Of a stretch of 64,000 nucleotides of DNA, positions 62,787 to 64,000 are shown piece after piece; positions within the stretch are counted from its first letter, which is position 1, and every line of letters starts with the position of its first letter. The DNA comes from Macrostomum lignano (lineage: Eukaryota). Location: assembly GCA_002269645.1 (NCBI GenBank), contig NIVC01002773.1, positions 51,760 through 115,759 of the forward strand, given 5' to 3'. A program made the position numbers and the translations under genes. The notes beneath the pieces are model-generated. The model saw nothing but the letters and a program-made list of their open reading frames with translations. It did not search any database and had not been told where the DNA came from.

Positions 62787-62944
62787 TTTTCTGGACTCGG
62801 TGTCGATGGTTTTGCGAGCAGACTGTCGGTTTTCACCAGGCGATGCGGCCTTCTTCGTTTTGCAGTGGCTTTTTGCGTCGCAGTTTTTTTAGGTTTTACC
62901 TTAGGCTTAGGCTTGGCGTCCTTTTTGTTTTTTTTTCGGGTCAT
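62787..62944 (-). CDS. Putative first coding exon of the DBF4/YR transcript
   Basis: ATG at 62944 gives MTRKKNKKDAKPKPKVKPKKTATQKATAK (basic, NLS-like). The 3' half is homologous to the cassette exon and has the same GTGAGT donor. At 158 nt it is one base short of phase 0, across several homopolymer runs. Confidence 0.5.
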
Positions 62945-63099
62945 TGTATCTTGCTTGGCACAATAAATTTATCTATAGATGAAACTTAGAGTATGGAAAA
63001 TAATGTTAGACCTAATAAGTGTGAATAGAATCAGTTCTAATTTATAAAACTGTCTGTGTGTGGTCTAACTACGCCATGGTTTACGGGGACCACCCGCTT

Positions 63100-63161
63100 A
63101 GACATTATATATCCCTCTCTCTACAGTCTTACCTTCAGAACCCTTGCGGGTTTCCTATTGG
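63100..63161 (-). promoter_or_regulatory. Candidate promoter (CCAAT then TATA-like) upstream of the ATG at 62944
   Basis: Plus-strand attgg at ~63157 and cattatatatc at ~63103 read CCAAT and GATATATAATG on the minus strand. Confidence 0.3.
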
Positions 63162-64000
63162 CTGAGGTCGGTCCCATCGTTGGGGTTGATCTTTCCTCCT
63201 AAGTGTTAACAGCCAATTATAGAAAGGGAGGTCTGTCTGTCTGTCTGTTCCAACCCTATACTCCTGCACATGTGTTTACGTGGACCAAACAGACAGTTAG
63301 TGTTAGGCTGACTGTTAATGCGTTCTTAGTTTTACTGGACCGCAATCAAGTCGATCTTTTGCTAGAGATTCAGAGACCCAATTTCTAGCTAAAAGGCCCT
63401 TCTTATTGCGTCCTCTTGATTTTGCATGTACATGTATGAATGGCCCTTTTCAATTAGGTAAATTGCATCTTCAACTTTGCACTTAAAAGGCTGCAGCTTA
63501 GGATCTTCTTCTTCAAGATATCCCATAGTGTTTGCGATAGAGTTGGCAAGCACTTAATTTATGAAGTTGCTATTAATTTTTTCTTGTGTAATGGTAGAGC
63601 CTCAGAAATTTTCATTTACACAGTGTGGCTATCAAGGACCACTGGGAGTTCTTGAGAAGTCATTGAAGAATATTGTTTAAGCTTCACTTAAATATCTTTC
63701 TTGTCTCGGAGTCTTTATCGCTTGATCTGGTTAGTAAATTGGATTTCTTTACATTGGTGTCTTACTCTGTGAGTCTCTGCTCAGAGTACGATACCGGAAT
63801 TGCTGGAACTGAGCTAATTAAATGGAGTTTAAAGTTTACTATATAAAATTCATTTCGCATACGAGGTTGTCAGAATTTTAAATTAACCTGCGTACCTACT
63901 TGAATGTCAAAGAATTTTAACGCATATTGTTTTAAGGCCAGTGGCGGTCATAATATGATGTTACATAGCCATTTGTTCGTAAGGTAATGATATGTAAAAA

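Larger units (their letters stand above)
49490..63350 (-). mobile_element. Crypton-like tyrosine-recombinase DNA element carrying a DBF4 homolog; boundaries approximate
   Basis: Contains a YR gene without RT or gag, and starts directly after the (GACA)n tract. Short motifs are shared by both ends (actgtctgtgtgt, ttacgtggacca, tgttaatgcgtt). The interior is unified by a 71-bp repeat. Confidence 0.6.

Noticed and set aside
63380-63800. Degenerate minus-strand coding-like stretch
   Set aside because: Multiple stops and no family motif I can identify; possibly a decayed transposon, but unsupported.

Overview
This is eukaryotic (metazoan) genomic DNA, not prokaryotic. It has spliceosomal GT-AG introns, GC-rich exons, minisatellite-packed introns and flatworm-type neuropeptide precursors, so a free-living flatworm such as Macrostomum is my inference and is not verified. 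Contents in order: (1) a minus-strand Helitron (1-7344) whose Rep/PIF1 ORF carries one nonsense and one frameshift lesion; (2) a ~20-kb multi-exon minus-strand gene for a secreted mosaic protein (C-type lectin, F5/8C, fucolectin-like, kringle-like), with hAT and MITE insertions and satellites in its introns; (3) a 4-exon RING / zinc-finger / (CGPxNG)x2 gene; (4) two tandem paralogous myomodulin-like neuropeptide precursor genes; (5) a ~14-kb Crypton-like tyrosine-recombinase unit abutting a 1-kb (GACA)n tract. In this last unit a DBF4 homolog and six copies of a phase-0 cassette exon, embedded in a 71-bp repeat array, are splice-compatible with the recombinase exons. This predicts a DBF4-tyrosine recombinase fusion protein, the most unusual feature of the window. 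All gene models were spliced by eye and need transcript support.
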